A stretch of 64,000 nucleotides of DNA from Mobula hypostoma (GCF_963921235.1 NC_086097.1:174470001-174534000), one strand, 5' to 3'. Shown: positions 1-12,979, counted from the first letter of the stretch. Notes: generated from the sequence alone by a model not told the origin. Made by a program: numbers and translations.

Positions 1-1231
1 CAACAGCAAACATGATCGCACTGGCCACCACAGACTCGTAGAACATCCTCAGCATCGTCCGGCAGATGTTAAAGGACCTCAGTCTCCTCAGGAAATAGAG
101 ACGGCTCTGACCCTTCTTGTAGACAGCCTCAGTGTTCTTTGACCAGTCCAGTTTAATTTTCAATTCATATCCCTAGGTATTTGTAATCCTCCACCGTCCA
201 CACTGACCTCCTAGATGGAAACAGGGGTCACCGGTACCTTAGCTCTCCTCAGGTCTACCACCAGCTCCTTAGTCTTTTTCACATTAAACTGCAGATAATT
301 CTGCTCACACCATGTGACAAAGTTTCCTACCGTAGCCTTGTACTCAGCCTCATCTCCCTTGTTGACGCATCCAACTATGGCAGAGTCATCCGAAAACTTC
401 TGAAGATGACAAGACTCTGTGCAGTAGTTGGTCCGAGGTGTAAATGGTGAAGAGAAAGAGAGACAAGACAGTCCCCTGTGGAGCCCCAGTGCTGCTGATC
501 ACTATGTCGGACACACAGTGTTGCAAGCACACGTACTGTGGTCTGCTAATCAGGTAATCAAGAATCCATGATACCAGGTAAGCATCCACCTGCATCGCTG
601 TCAGCTTCTCCCCCAGCAGAGCAGGGCAGATGGTGTTGAACGCACTGGAGAAGTCAAAAAACATGACCCTCACAGTGCTCGCTGGCTTGTCCAGGTGGGC
701 GTAGACACGGTTCAGCAGGTAGACGATGGCATCCTCAACTCCTAGTCGGGGCTGGTAGGCGAACTGGAGGGGATCTAAGTGTGGCCTGACCATAGGCCGG
801 AGCAGCTCCAGAACAAGTCTCTCCAGGGTCTTCATGATGTGGGAGGTCAATGCCACCAGTCTGTAGTCATTGAGGCCGCTGGGGCGCGGCGTCTTCAGCA
901 CAGGGACGAGGCAGGATGTCTTCCACAATACAGGAACCCTCCGGAGCCTCAGGCTCAGGCTGAATACATGGCGAAGTACTGCACATAGCTGAGGGGCACA
1001 GGCTTTGAGCACCCTGATACTGACACCATCCGGTCCTGCAGCCTTGCTTGGGTTGAGACGTTTCAGCTGTCTTCTCACCTGTAGAGCTGTGAAGCCCACT
1101 GTGGTGGCTTCGTGTGGGGAAGGGGTATAGTCATGAGAGCAGGGTGGGGGACTGTGAGGAGGGGTAGGAGGGGAGAGTGGAATATGTGTTGGTTGGGGGC
1201 CGACAACAGATGGCTCGTGGGGGATGGGCAC
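1..1231 (-). mobile_element. Rex1/Babar-like non-LTR retrotransposon, RT region; 5' truncated, frameshifted, runs off the window start
   Basis: ORF 386-1231 has KAAGPDGV, NDYRLVALTSHIMKTLERL, QFAY, FFDFSSAFNT and GAPQGTVLS. The catalytic KFSDD follows in a shifted frame at ~385-400. Confidence 0.9.
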
Positions 1232-3035
1232 ATACTGGGTTATGAGGTGACTGGTTAAGCCAGTGTATGAGCCACAGGGTTATGGGCTGAATGAACACAG
1301 GAAATTAGGACTAGCTGGGTGGGCTGCATGTTCAGCATGGAGTGGTTGGGCCAAAGGGCCCGTATCTATGCTATATTGTTCTATGAACTATTACATAGAT
1401 AGAGAAGCGATAGCTCATGGGGCAAACAAGTGGGTAGGTAATTAGTGAGCTGATACATCCTTTGTGAGGTATGATCTTTTTATGTGGCCTCAAGGTTCTG
1501 AATACTGAATGTTTCTTCTCCACTTTGAATGGTTCTGGGCCAGACTCTTGGGAATTTTTTCCTCTGTCCATCTCGTAAACTTCCTCCTATGACAGAGCTT
1601 GAAACAATGTTAACTATTATAGTTTGGAATTGGGGCTGCAAAAGCAATAGAACTTCTTTCCTATTTTAATAATACAGAAGTAAGGACTAAATATTCAGAG
1701 AGACAGAACCCCAAGTTTATGTTGCCAAATTTGTTAAGAGTTTATTGCTTACTTTTTAAATCCTTTATTTGTTTGCAGACAGATTATAGGCAGATCTGTA
1801 TAATCATGATAATCTATCTTCACATCCTGATTTGACAGCTAAGTATTTCTTAAATATTAACTAAGTTAACTTAAATATTTCTGATTCTAGTCTCCGTGTC
1901 TGGAATAAGATATGCAAACTTTGCTAGCGTGAAGTGCAAGGTCTGTGTTTTATAAACTCTCAAGTCCCTTTCAAATGTAGACACAAATTTGGATTTATAG
2001 CAACTACCAGCTAAAATAATCCAAGACACGCATTATAGTACTCGACATCAGAATAAGCACTTCCATACTTTTGCACTGAGGCAGACACGGACTAGTTTGT
2101 TTTAAATTCTGTAACCATTTGATGTGACTCTTAAAGTTCAGTGAAGGTGAATTGCCATTGGCCTAGAATTTGAGGTCAATAGCAAACTGCCTGTTCTAAA
2201 TTATGTCTTTCAAATGAAGAACAAACTTATCTGGAGTTAACCATACAACAACTTGAGGTAGAGAACTATCAGATGCTTTGGAACAAAACTTTCTATGATG
2301 TGCTGAATTTATGTTGGATTGAGAATGCCAGGATCAATTTTATTTCTAAAAACAAAATGAAAACATTTTGGCATCTGACTAAACCTTAAATAGTAGTCAA
2401 GAAATTGCAAAGGCTGTTTTAAATTTCCAATGTTCAAATTATTTTTTTGAATAAGCTATTGTAACTTATACTTATACAATAAAACAAAACATCCAAGGCA
2501 CTTAAAACATTTTAAAATGTCCATTTAAAATAGAATGTCTAAGTGAACATACTTGACCCTCCTCTGCAATATCAGGGAGACAGTTTTTGCATTAGCCATT
2601 AGTGTAGATTCTCTTGTTAAGCAGTGAGACGACGCATCAGAGCACATTCAGCTGAACTGTGGCAAAGTGCTGACTGAAACCTCAGGACTTCCACGTTCAA
2701 GTGAAAATCCCAAAGTTGCTCAGTTACTAACAAATCATCTCAGTAAGAATACAGATATTTCCCCACATTGTGGGAATCTTGTGATCACCGTGTAAATTGA
2801 CCTTTAGACAACCTCAATGTAAATACAATTGAGCTGTACACCATTTGCTTCACACAGATCTCCTGAATAAGATTACAAGATTACATGGAATTGACACAAC
2901 ATTGTGGGCTGAAGGGCCTGTACTGTGCTGTACTATTCTATGTTCTATGTTCAATGACAAGGTAACCGAGCTGTGAACTCTTTGGAGGGCAGTGTTGAAT
3001 GACACAACAATGAAACAATGTTGCTCTGTTGCATC

Positions 3036-3200
3036 ACACACAAAATGCTGAAGGAATTCAGCAGGTCAGGCAGTATCTATGGAGGGAAATGAATAATCAG
3101 CATTTCAGACTGAGACTCTGATGCTGTCTGATTTGCTGAGTTCCTCCAGCATTTTGTGTGCATTGCTCCAGATTTGCAGTATCTGCAGTCTCTTGTGTTT
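3036..3200. mobile_element. Penelope-like element terminal-repeat remnant forming an inverted repeat
   Basis: Arm ACACACAAAATGCTGAAGGAATTCAGCAGGTCAGGCAG (3036-) is mirrored by CTGATTTGCTGAGTTCCTCCAGCATTTTGTGTG (-3160). Same motif as the other Penelope-like copies. Confidence 0.75.
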
Positions 3201-3234
3201 CCCGTTTACTGTCTTGCACACTTTGTCATAAAAC

Positions 3235-3660
3235 AATACCATGGATTTAGGCCCTTCAGCCCAAGAAGTCCACATCAACTATGGTGCCCATCTAACTAGT
3301 CCCAGTTTGCTGCATTCAGCCCATATCCCTCAAAGAAAAGCCCCTCCATGTACCTATCCAAATGCTTCTTAAATGATACTATTGTACCTGTCTCAACCAT
3401 TTCCTTTGACTGCTCGTTCTATATTCTCACCACCCTCTGCACGGGAAAAAGTTGCTTCTTAGGTCCCTTTTTGAATCTTTCCCTGTCACCCTTAACCTGT
3501 GCCCCTTGGCTTTGGATTCCCTTATACTGGGAGAAGATTGTTACTTACCTTCTGAGGAAAAAAGACCCAGATTGACCAATCTTTCCCAATAACTCAGGCC
3601 CTCTAGTTCCAGCAATATCTTTCTAAATACTTTCTGCACACTTTCCATCTTTCCTGTAAC
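3235..3660 (-). mobile_element. CR1 LINE 3' fragment
   Basis: Reverse complement of the CR1 3' end (GGCCCTTCAGCCCA..., CACCACCCTCTG) seen in the full copies in this window. Confidence 0.7.
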
Positions 3661-3661
3661 C

Positions 3662-4079
3662 CTACGCCATAGGGTGACGTGCGCCTCCCCAAAACTGTAA
3701 CTCACGCGTCACGGCGACGCAGACCGCAACAATTGTGATTAGTCCACTTGGTAGCATCGCGTTTCCTCCTACGCATTTCCGGTTGCTTTTCTCTGCCATG
3801 TCTGTACACTGATGCGAAATAAATGGTTGGAGACGATGAACCAAATCGTCAAATCTACCTGCCGACATCCGAAAATATTTGAAATGCATTTCCTTGTCCA
3901 TGTCTCTCATGAAGAAACTCAACACAGTGGCATAGAAACCCCTCCGCCAACTAGCATTTTGGCGGTGAATTGCAGAGCAACGCAGACACAACTATGCATG
4001 CTCGCTACAGCGTAGGGCTACGCAAAAGTATAAATCAGGCCTATGGTGTAGTCTGTACGCACAAGTATGAATCAACCTT
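3662..4079 (-). mobile_element. PIF/Harbinger DNA transposon remnant
   Basis: Minus-strand peptide MDKEMHFKYFRMSAGRFDDLVHRL resembles the Harbinger transposase N-terminal FRM motif. Two tandem TIR-like copies (ACGCAAAAGTATAAATCAGGCCT and ACGCACAAGTATGAATCAACCTT) sit at the right end. Confidence 0.7.
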
Positions 4080-5242
4080 AAGTGTCACTTGACAACACTG
4101 ATGACACATTTTATCATTTTGCTAATGAATGAAGATAGACTGATGAGGTGCTAATTAGTCTAATTTGTATTTGGTGACTAGGATATACATGGGCTGTTTT
4201 TCTCTCTGCTGGATAGATGCCAGTATTGTAATTGTAAGTGTTGTATATTTATGAGTAATTTTATAAATAATTGTTTGATTAAGCATTTTTGTTGTTTAAA
4301 TATTTCATTATGGTTATATGTACAAAGTACATGAATGGCATACGTCAATGTGTCACTACATCATACGTGCGTGCCTCGCTAAAAGTGGAAAAACAAATTT
4401 AGACTTGAATTCCTGGTTCTTTTGTTTTCCTTTTAATCAGTTTTATGTTTTGGAGTTACAAAACTTGACAGTAGAGACGATGGAGTGATAAACGAGCCTG
4501 AGATGACTACCTACCTGTTGAAGGGCAGTGAGACTTTCGAGATAAGGAAAAACGCAGCAAAAAACAGTGAAGTAAAAAATAAAGCAGCACAGCATGTTTC
4601 TTTTTCCTTCACCAGAGGAGAAAGTTGATTGAGTTTTAAAAAAGGCAGAGAACAAACTGATTCATGGTTTCATAAACAGTGAGTACCGAGTGATAATAAT
4701 CATAAATTTAAAAAAAAAGCAGAACTGACTGATAGTGTAGGAAATATAGATGTGTTTGATTGTTCAGTGGGTAACTGGCTCATGTATACAGAGCTAATTG
4801 AGCAGTATTTTGAAAGCAAATGGAATAGCCAATGGAAACAAGTACTTATTTTGCTGAGTTTCATTGGATTTAAAAGCATACTGTTTGATTAGAAGTTTGA
4901 CTGCTCCAACCAAATCAAGCAAAACTAGCTTTGTTAATGTTGTTAGAATAATGCAGGAACATTTAGAAACAAAAGGCTTTTTGATTACAGAGGCTTTAGG
5001 TTTCATGAACAGAATCAAAAGGAGGGAGAGTTCATTTCAGCATATGTGGCTGAATTGAAGAAATTGTCCAAGCATTGTCAGTTCAGTAATGGGCTTAATG
5101 ATGCACTGAGAAATCATTTTGTTTGTGAAATCTTACAAGAAAGCATTCAAAAATAGTTCCTAACTGAAGCACAATTCATACTTAAATGTTTAAATTGCTC
5201 TATCAATGGATCCAGCAGATAGAGACACAATTGAGTTGCATT

Positions 5243-8200
5243 CCATAAGACTATCAGACATAGGAGCAGAATTAGGCCATTCAGTCCATTGAGTCCACTC
5301 CACCATTCCATCATGCTGAACCCAGAACCCACTCAACCTCATACACCTGCCTTTTTGCCATATCCTTTGATGCCCTGACCAATCAGGAAACCACCAACAC
5401 AAACACGAGGAAATCTGCAGATGCTGGAATTTCAAGCAACACACATCAAATTTGCTGGTGAACACAGCAGGCCAGGCAGCATCTGTAGGAAGAGGTACAG
5501 TTGATGTTTTGGGCCGAGACCCTTCGTCAGGACTAACTGAAAGAAGAGCTAGTAAGAGATTTGAAAGTGGGAGGGGGAGGGGGAGATCCAAAATGATAGG
5601 AGAAGACAGGAGAGGGAGGGATGGAGCCAAGAGCTGGACAGTTGATTGGCAAAAGGAATATGAGAGGATCATAGGACAGGAGGCCTAGGGAGAAAGAAAA
5701 GGGGGAGGGGGGAAAAGCAAGAGGATAAGCAAGGGGTATAGTGAGGGGGACAGAAGGAGAAAAAGGAAAGAGAGAAAAAGAATGTGTGTATATAAATAAA
5801 TAACAGATGGGGTATGAGGGGGAGTTGGGGCAGTAGCAGAAATTTGAGAAGTCAATATTCATGCCATCAGGTTGGAGGCTACCCAGATGGAATATAAGGT
5901 GTTGTTCCTCCAACCTGAGTGTGGCTTCATCTTTACAGTAGAGGAGGCCGTGGATAGACATATCAGAATGGGACGAGGAATTAAGATAAATGTCGATTGT
6001 ACCTCTTCCTACAGATGCTGCCTGGCCTGCTGAGTTCCACCAGCAACTTTTATGTGTGTTGCAGGAAACCATTAATTTCTGCTTTAAATATACCTCTGGT
6101 CTTGGCCTGCACCATAGTCTGTGGCAGACCATTCCACAGATTCACTCCTCTCTGACTAAAAGAAATTCCTCCTCCCCTCTGTCTAAAGCGGCGCCCCTCA
6201 ATTTTGATGCCGTGCCATCTAGTTCTGGATACCCCCACCATAGGAAACATCCTCTCGACATCCACCATCCCCCAGCATTCTTCTAAATTCCAGTGAATAC
6301 AGGCCCAAAGCTGCCAAACACTCCTCATATGTTAACACCTTCATTCCTGGAATCATCCTCGTGAACCTCCTCCAGATTCTTTCCAATGACAAGACATCCT
6401 TTCTGAGATATGGGGCCCAAAGGTGCTGACAATACACCAAGTGTGGCCCGACTAGTATCTTATAAAGGCTCAGCATTGTCTCCTTGCTTTTATATTCTAT
6501 TCCCCTTGAAGTAAATGTCAATATTGCATTTGGCTTCTTTACCACAGACTCAACATATAAATCAACCTTCTGGAAGTCTTGTACAAGGATTCTTAAAGTC
6601 CCCCTGCTTCTCTGATGTTTGAACCTTCTCCATTTTGGACAATAATCTGCACTATCATTCCTTTTACCAAAAATGCATTATCATACATTTCCCAACACTG
6701 TATTCCATCTGTCACATTTTTGCCCATTCTTCCAATTTGTCCAAGTCCTGCTGCAATTGCATTGCTTCCTCAGCACTACCTAACCCTCCACCTATCTTCA
6801 TATCATCCTCAAACTTTGCCTCAAAGCCATCAATTCCATTATCCAAATCATTAACAAACAATGTAAAAAGTAGCAATCCCAATACTGACCCTTGAGGAAC
6901 ACCACTAGTCACTGGCAGCCAACCAGAAAAGGCCCCTTTTATTTCCACTCGCTGCCTCTTGCCTGTCAGCCATTCCTCTATCCGTGCCAATATCTTTCCT
7001 GTAACGCCATCAGATTTTATCTTGTTAAGCAGCTTCATATGTGGCACCTTATCAAATGCCTTCTGAAAATCCATATGTGACATTCACTGCCTCTCCTTTG
7101 TCGAGCCTGCTTGTTACTTCCTCAGGAATGCTAACAGATTTGTCAGGCAAGATTTTCCTTACAGAAGCCATGCTGACTTTGACTTATTTTATCATTTGTC
7201 TCCAAGTAAACAAAAACCTCATCCTTAATAATAGGTTCCAACACTTTCTCAACCACTGAGGTTAGGCTAACTGGTCTATAAATTTCCTTCCTTTTGCTTT
7301 CCACCCTTCTTAAAGAGTGGAGTGTCATTTGCAATCTTTCAGTCCTCCAGAACCATGCCAGAATCAAGTGATTCTTGAAAGGTCATGACCAATGCATCTG
7401 TTATCTCTTCAGCAACCTCCGTCAGGACTGTGGGATGTAGTCCATCTGGTCCAGCTGACTTAACCACCTTAAGAGCTTTGAGTTTGCACTTTTTCCTTTG
7501 TAATAGCAGTGGTACTCACTCATGCTCCCTGACACTCACAGAGCTTTGGCACACTGTTAATGTCTTCCACAGTGAAGACGTGCAACTTACCCATTAAGTA
7601 CATCTGGCATTTATTTGTCCCCCATTACTGCCTTAGAAGTATCATTTTCTAGTGATCCAATATCGACTGTCACCTCCCATTTACTCTTTACATAACTGAA
7701 AAAACTTTTGGTATCCTGCTTTATATTATTGAGCACTCTGCCCTCATATTTAATCTTTTCCCTTCTTATGTTGCCTTTTGTTGGATTTTAAAAGCTTCCC
7801 AATCATCTGGCTTTCCACTCACTTTTGCTACCTTATATGCCCTTTCCTTGGCTTTTATTTGTCCTCTCAACACTCCTTAACTGTCTTTAACTTTCTTTGT
7901 CAGCCACAGTTGCCTACCCCTGCCATTTGATAACTTTCTCCTCTGTGCGACTTATCTATCCTGTTCCTTGTGAACTGTTCCCAGAAACTTCAGCCATCTC
8001 TGCTCTGCCATCATTCCCTCCAGTATCCTCCTCCAGTCCACTTGAGCAGGCTTCTCTCTCATGCCTCTTTAATGCCCTTTATTCCATTGTGATACTGATT
8101 ATGTGACTTATGCTTCTCCCTCTCAAATTGCAGTATGAATTCGATCATATTATGAACACTGCCTTTTAAGGGTTCCTTTACATTCAGCTCCCCAATAAGA

Positions 8201-8492
8201 CCTGGGTTATTATATAATACCCAATCTAAAATAGCCTTTCCCTGAACAGGCTCAAGCACAAGGAGCTCTAAAACCCCACATCTTGGCTACATTTGGAGGC
8301 CTATATATGATTCTCATAATGTTTTTTTTTAGCCTTGCAGTTTCTTAACTCCATCCACAAAGATTCACCGTTCTCTGACCCGAGGTCACCTCTTTCTAAA
8401 GATGTAATTCCATCTCTTACCAACAGAGCCACACGACTGCCAATATCTTCTTGCCTGTCTTTTCAATACAAAATATATCTTTTGATGTTAAG
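5243..8492 (-). mobile_element. CR1 LINE ORF2, degenerate
   Basis: Minus-strand peptides DFQKAFDKVPH, GVPQGSVLG, YRPVSLTSVV and WRRFTRMIPG; CR1 3' tail CCATAAGAC at 5243. Confidence 0.9.
5394..6061 (-). mobile_element. Penelope-like element (GIY-YIG C-terminal part plus inverted terminal-repeat copies) with a 10-bp TSD
   Basis: Minus-strand peptide SHSDMSIHGLLYCKDEATLRLEEQHLIFHLGSLQPDGMNIDFSNF. TSD CAGGAAACCA at 5384-5393 and 6062-6071. The terminal repeat at 5401-5540 is inverted at 5992-6061. Confidence 0.88.
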
Positions 8493-8652
8493 TCAGGAAT
8501 GAAAGTGAGTGTGAACAAAATTGCAATGTCTAAACAGAACCTGGCCAGGCCAAACAAATTGTGTTACCGTTGTGGCAGGGGCATGCAGATTTAAAGGTGA
8601 AGCTTGCAGAAAATGCAACAATGTAGGATACATACAAAGAGTATGTTGAGTA

Positions 8653-10009
8653 CAGGTTTCCCCAGTCATCCGAAGGTAGAGCGTTCCTATGAAACGGTTC
8701 GTAAGCCGGAATGTCGTAAAGTGAAGAAGCAATTACCATTTATCTATGTGGGAAAAATTTGTGAACGTTCGCAGACCCAAAAAATAACCTACCAAATCAT
8801 GCCAAATAACACAAAAAACCTAAAATAACAGTAACATATAGTAAAAGCAGGAATGATATGATAAATACACAGCCTATATAAAGTAGAAATTCTTTTCTGC
8901 AATCATTGCTGCTTGTCCACCGTAGCGAAAATCTCACGCAACCGCTCTCGGCAGAAACACTCTCTCCAGTAACCTTTAAGCTATGAAGCTGCCAAATCAT
9001 ACCAAATAACACTTAAAAACACACAACCTATATAAAGTAGAAATAATGTATGTACAGTGTAGTATCACTTACCGGAATCAAGAAGACAGCGAGCACACTG
9101 ATGATGGTGTGTTTGGCTGAGTCGTCGGAGGTTGGGGTGGTGGGACACTGGGGTGTCATCTCATCGTCGTCTGCTTCCATCAGGGCAGGCAGGTCATCTT
9201 CTTCTATGTCTGCCTGCCTCGATGTCAAAGCTCGAGGTTCGTCGTCTGCTGTGGCTGATGTGGAAGGCTTGTAAAACGACGGTATACTTGACTGCTTAGC
9301 CTCGCGCATTTTTCTATCATACAGTTCTTTGTAAGCACTCAAACCATCCTGCAAATATACCCTAAACCTACGTATGCTTTCAAAATTAAAGTTGTACTTT
9401 TCTGCAGTCATTGTTGTCAATTTCGGCGAAAATCTCACGCAGTTGCTTCACATTCAGTTCCTGGAGGACTTCACTTTTGGTCCGTTCGCTACTGCATTCA
9501 GTTTCGATTGTTATCCTTTCCTCTTCCATTTGTATCAGCTCTTCATCTATCAGTTCTTGGTCATGGAATGCCAAAACCTCTTCAACATCATCTTCATCAA
9601 CTTCCACAAGCCAAACTCACTTTGTCCTTACTTCGTTCACCACGATCGAAACGCTTAATTATGTCTAGTTTTACGCTAGTTTTACCCTTACGAGCTCTTT
9701 TAGGCTTTTCCGATGCCTTAGAGCTCAGCTTGTTAACGGCTACTCAAAATAAATCGACATAAAGCACAGATGCTCACAGGCACGTGTTAAGCAATGCCAG
9801 TAGAATGCAGTTCCGGGGGAGGAGCTTGGCTGCTCGGGGTGCGCGCTGCCTTTTATCGCGCACTGCCTTTTCTCGCACGTTTTTTTCACACGCTGCCTTT
9901 TTTCGTAACAGTGAAAACACCTTCTGTTAGCGAAAACAGGTAACTAATGTAGGTCTTTCGTAACAGCGAGGTGTCGTAAAGCGAACGTTCGAAAAGCGGG
10001 GGACACCTG
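8653..10009 (-). mobile_element. Tigger/pogo DNA transposon, internally deleted (no DDE core)
   Basis: TA|CAGGTTTCCCC ... GGGGGACACCTG|TA imperfect TIRs with TA TSD. N-terminal HTH (KLDIIKRFDRGERSKD, ~9625-9680) is joined directly to the acidic C-terminal tail (EDDVEEVLAFHDQELIDEELIQM). Confidence 0.88.
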
Positions 10010-10024
10010 TAGTCAAAAATAAAT

Positions 10025-10290
10025 GTATTTATTTATTGAGATACAGCGCGGAGTAGGCCCTTCTGAACCTTGGAGCCACGCTGCTCAGCACCCTCGATTT
10101 AGCCATGGCCTAATCAGAGGACAATTTACAATGACCAATTAACCTACCAACCAGTCTGTCTTTTGGACTGTGGGAATACCAGAGTACCTGAAGGAAATGG
10201 ACGTGGTCATGGGGAGAACATACATACTCCTCACAGGCGGCAACGAGAATTGAACCTGGTTCATTGGTATGTGCAGTGTTGTGTTAATCA
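10025..10290 (-). mobile_element. tRNA-derived V-SINE (HE1-like)
   Basis: Minus strand shows a B-box-like GGTTCAATTC and a V-domain-like TGTTCTCCCCATGACCACGTCCATTTCCTTCAGGTACTCTGG...CCCACAGTCCAAAAGAC, followed by a CR1-like tail. Confidence 0.75.
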
Positions 10291-10862
10291 CTACACGGCC
10301 AGCCGTGCCACAAATGGACTGCACAGGGAATCGTTGCAGTTTCAAAAAACGCATTAATCTGTATGCTGTTGATGAAAAATCTGGTAATGATGAGAGTGAC
10401 ACAGGTCTGAGTAGCCTTGAGATTTACAACAGAGTGAAAAATAACCAGAGGCAAGCAATATGGCTTATACTAGAAGTGAACAGCAAATTAATTAAAATGT
10501 AATTGGATACTGTCTCGGCTGTTTCAGTCATTCAACAAAATGAGTTTTAATGAAACTTCAAAAATACTGAACTGAAACCTGCAGATATCCAATTAAGAAC
10601 TTGCACTGGAGAAAAGATAACTCCTGTGAGGATGACATTTGTATCAGTGAAATACAGCAACCAACAAGCTACATTAGGTTTGTATGGGTAAAAACAGGAT
10701 GGCCAGCATTGTTGGGATGTGAGTGGCTGAGACAACTGCAACTTGATTGGATGCCATATCCTCTGTAACAGAGTCAACTGAAAGTGAATGAAGAAAAGTA
10801 CTAGATGATTCCACACTCTCTCCAAGCTGCACACCATGAATCATTGCCGAACAAAGGACAAA

Positions 10863-12610
10863 CAGGTGTTGGTACCAACCACTGTGCCTCTAGTTGTAAA
10901 GCAATTTGGACCAAGGAAGGAACCTGCTGCTTGGAGGAATCATGTAAGTGACAAAAGCAGTGGTCTGAATACAGGTTGGAGGTGTTGTAGATACGGTGGA
11001 GGGCTGTCAGAGGTTACAGTGGGACATTGATAGAATGCAAAACTGGGCTGAGAAGTGGCACATGGAGTTCAACCCAGATAATTGTGAAATGGTTCATTTT
11101 GGTAGGTCAAGTATGATGGCAGAATATAGTATTAATGGCAAGACTCTTGGCAGTGTGGAGGATCAGAGGGATCTTGGGGTCCGAGTCCATAGGACGTCAA
11201 AGCAGCTGCGCAGGTTGACTCTGTGGTTAAGAAGGCATACAGTGCATTGGCCTTCATCAATTGTGGAACTGAATTTAGGAGCTGAGAGGTAATGTTACAG
11301 CTATTTAGGACCCTGGTCAGACCCCACTTGGAGTACTGTGCTCAGTTCTGTCACCTCACTACAAGAAGGATGTGGAAACCATAGAAAGAGTGCAGAGGAG
11401 ATTTACAATGATATTGCCTGGATTGGGGAGCATGCCTTATGAAAACAGGTTGAGTGAACTCGGCCTTTTCTCCTTGGAGCGACGGAGGATGAGAGGTGAC
11501 CTGATAGAGGTGTATAAGATGATGAGAGGCATTGATGGTGTGGATAGTCAGAGGCTTTTTCCCAGGGCTGAAATGGTTGCCACAAGAGGACACAGGTTTA
11601 AGGTGCTGGGGAGTAGGTACAGAGGAGATGTCAGGGGTAAGTTTTTTACGCAGAGAATGGTGAGTGCGTGGAATGGTCTGCCGGCAACGGTGGTGGAGGC
11701 GGATACGATAGGGTCTTTTAAGAGACTTTTGGATAGGTACATGGAGCTTAGAAAAACAGAGGGCTATGGGTAAGCCTAGTAACTTCTAAGGTAGGGATAT
11801 GTTCGGCACAACTTTGTGGGCCGAAGGACCTGTATTGTGCTGTAGGTTTTCTATGTTTTTATGTTTCTACAACAGTTGTTTTTGTAGGCAACATATCTGA
11901 GAAAGTTTCTCATTTGTTATTCAAGCAATTACTTGTGAAATGTGGCTTGGTTTTAAGCTAAAAGAGAATTCAAGGAGCTTCAGGAAAGTTGCAAGCATTC
12001 GGTTTTTGAGAATATAAAGAACCAGAATATACTCCGCATATATTAAGCTTATTGCATGAACTTCAAGTGGGAATCAAATGGCTGCTTGTAAAAGTAGATG
12101 CAAAGACCAGATCCCTTCTTGATGAATAGTAGGCTGAAAAGAAAAGAGTCAATGGAGATACAAAAATAAGAATGTCTCCAGATGATGTTGTGGATGAGGA
12201 AAATAAGAGGAGAGGTCAGATCATAAAGGAAGCAACAGAAGGATTAATAAGAGAATATTCCAGAGAACTGCTTACATCTTCCCAAGACCAAGATGCACAT
12301 CTGAGAAAGAGGAAAAAGGGAAAGAAAGAGGAGGAAGACAGAAGTGCTATCAAAATGAAGAGGATGAATGAGACCTAATTCCTTGAGAAATTGGCAAATT
12401 TAGAGATACTCACAAGAAACTAGAAGAAGAAAATGGAACGTGAGAAAAAGGACTAGAAGTTGAAAAGGAGAGAAGATATAGAGAGAAAGAACATGAGCAA
12501 GAAAGAGAAAGGCATGAAAGAGAGAAGGAGTGTGAGAAAGAAAAAGAGTGGGATAAAAGAGAGAGAAAGAAGCCAGGACTACAAAAGAAGCAAAGACCGA
12601 AGTAGATCAG
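10863..12610 (+). pseudogene. RBM25: Processed (intronless) pseudogene fragment of RNA-binding motif protein 25, split by a CR1
   Basis: Translates to VLVPTTVPLVVKQFGPRKE...NT | TTVVFVGNISEK...LLVKCGLVLS*KRIQGASGKLQAFGF*EYKEPE...LLVKVDAKT...LIREYSREL...KFRDTHKKLEEE...KDRSRS. This matches the RBM25 RRM and RE-rich region as I recall it. Several stops and frameshifts; no introns. Confidence 0.92.
10974..11867 (+). mobile_element. 5'-truncated CR1 LINE inserted in the RBM25 retrocopy
   Basis: WAEKWHMEFN, ERVQRRFT and RGDLIEVYK motifs; TTCTATG tail; possible TACA duplication at 10970-10973 and 11868-11871. Confidence 0.9.
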
Positions 12611-12705
12611 CTGGTGATGCAACCACTGACGCCCGGCAGCCAATCTCTAAAGAGTGTCTTGTAAAGACACTGCCCAGAAAAAGGCAATGGCAAACTACTT
12701 CTGTC
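12611..12705 (+). mobile_element. RTE-type SINE/LINE 3' fragment
   Basis: AAGGCAATGGCAAACTACTTCTG resembles the RTE/BovA-type 3' motif. Confidence 0.5.
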
Positions 12706-12979
12706 AATCTGATAGTGGAGGGAAAATTAATAAACAACCTTTACCTGTCTTTTGTATATGAGAATTCCAGATATAGGAAATGGCTGTGGAAGTGTTTCTT
12801 AACTTTGCTCCTGAAAAGCCTGACATGTTTTTTGAACCTGCCCCGTCCCAGATTCTCCAGCCCGTAGGATTAGTTTCTATCCACCCTATTGACTCTCCTC
12901 AATAGTTTGAAAGCTTCAGTTACATCATCCCTAGCTGTCTTCGTTCAGGAATGCTCATTAAACACGACAGGCAGAATGA

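Larger units (their letters stand above)
4239..10810 (+). mobile_element. Degenerate Gypsy LTR retrotransposon (5' LTR, gag, protease) broken by CR1, Tigger and SINE insertions
   Basis: AT-rich LTR at ~4239-4465; gag remnant 4740-5242 (AYCLIRSLTAPTK, ELKKLSKHCQF); zinc-knuckle remnant 8493-8650 (CYRCG, CRKCNNVGYIQRVC); protease-like KM*LDTVSAVSVI at ~10495-10535. Confidence 0.8.
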
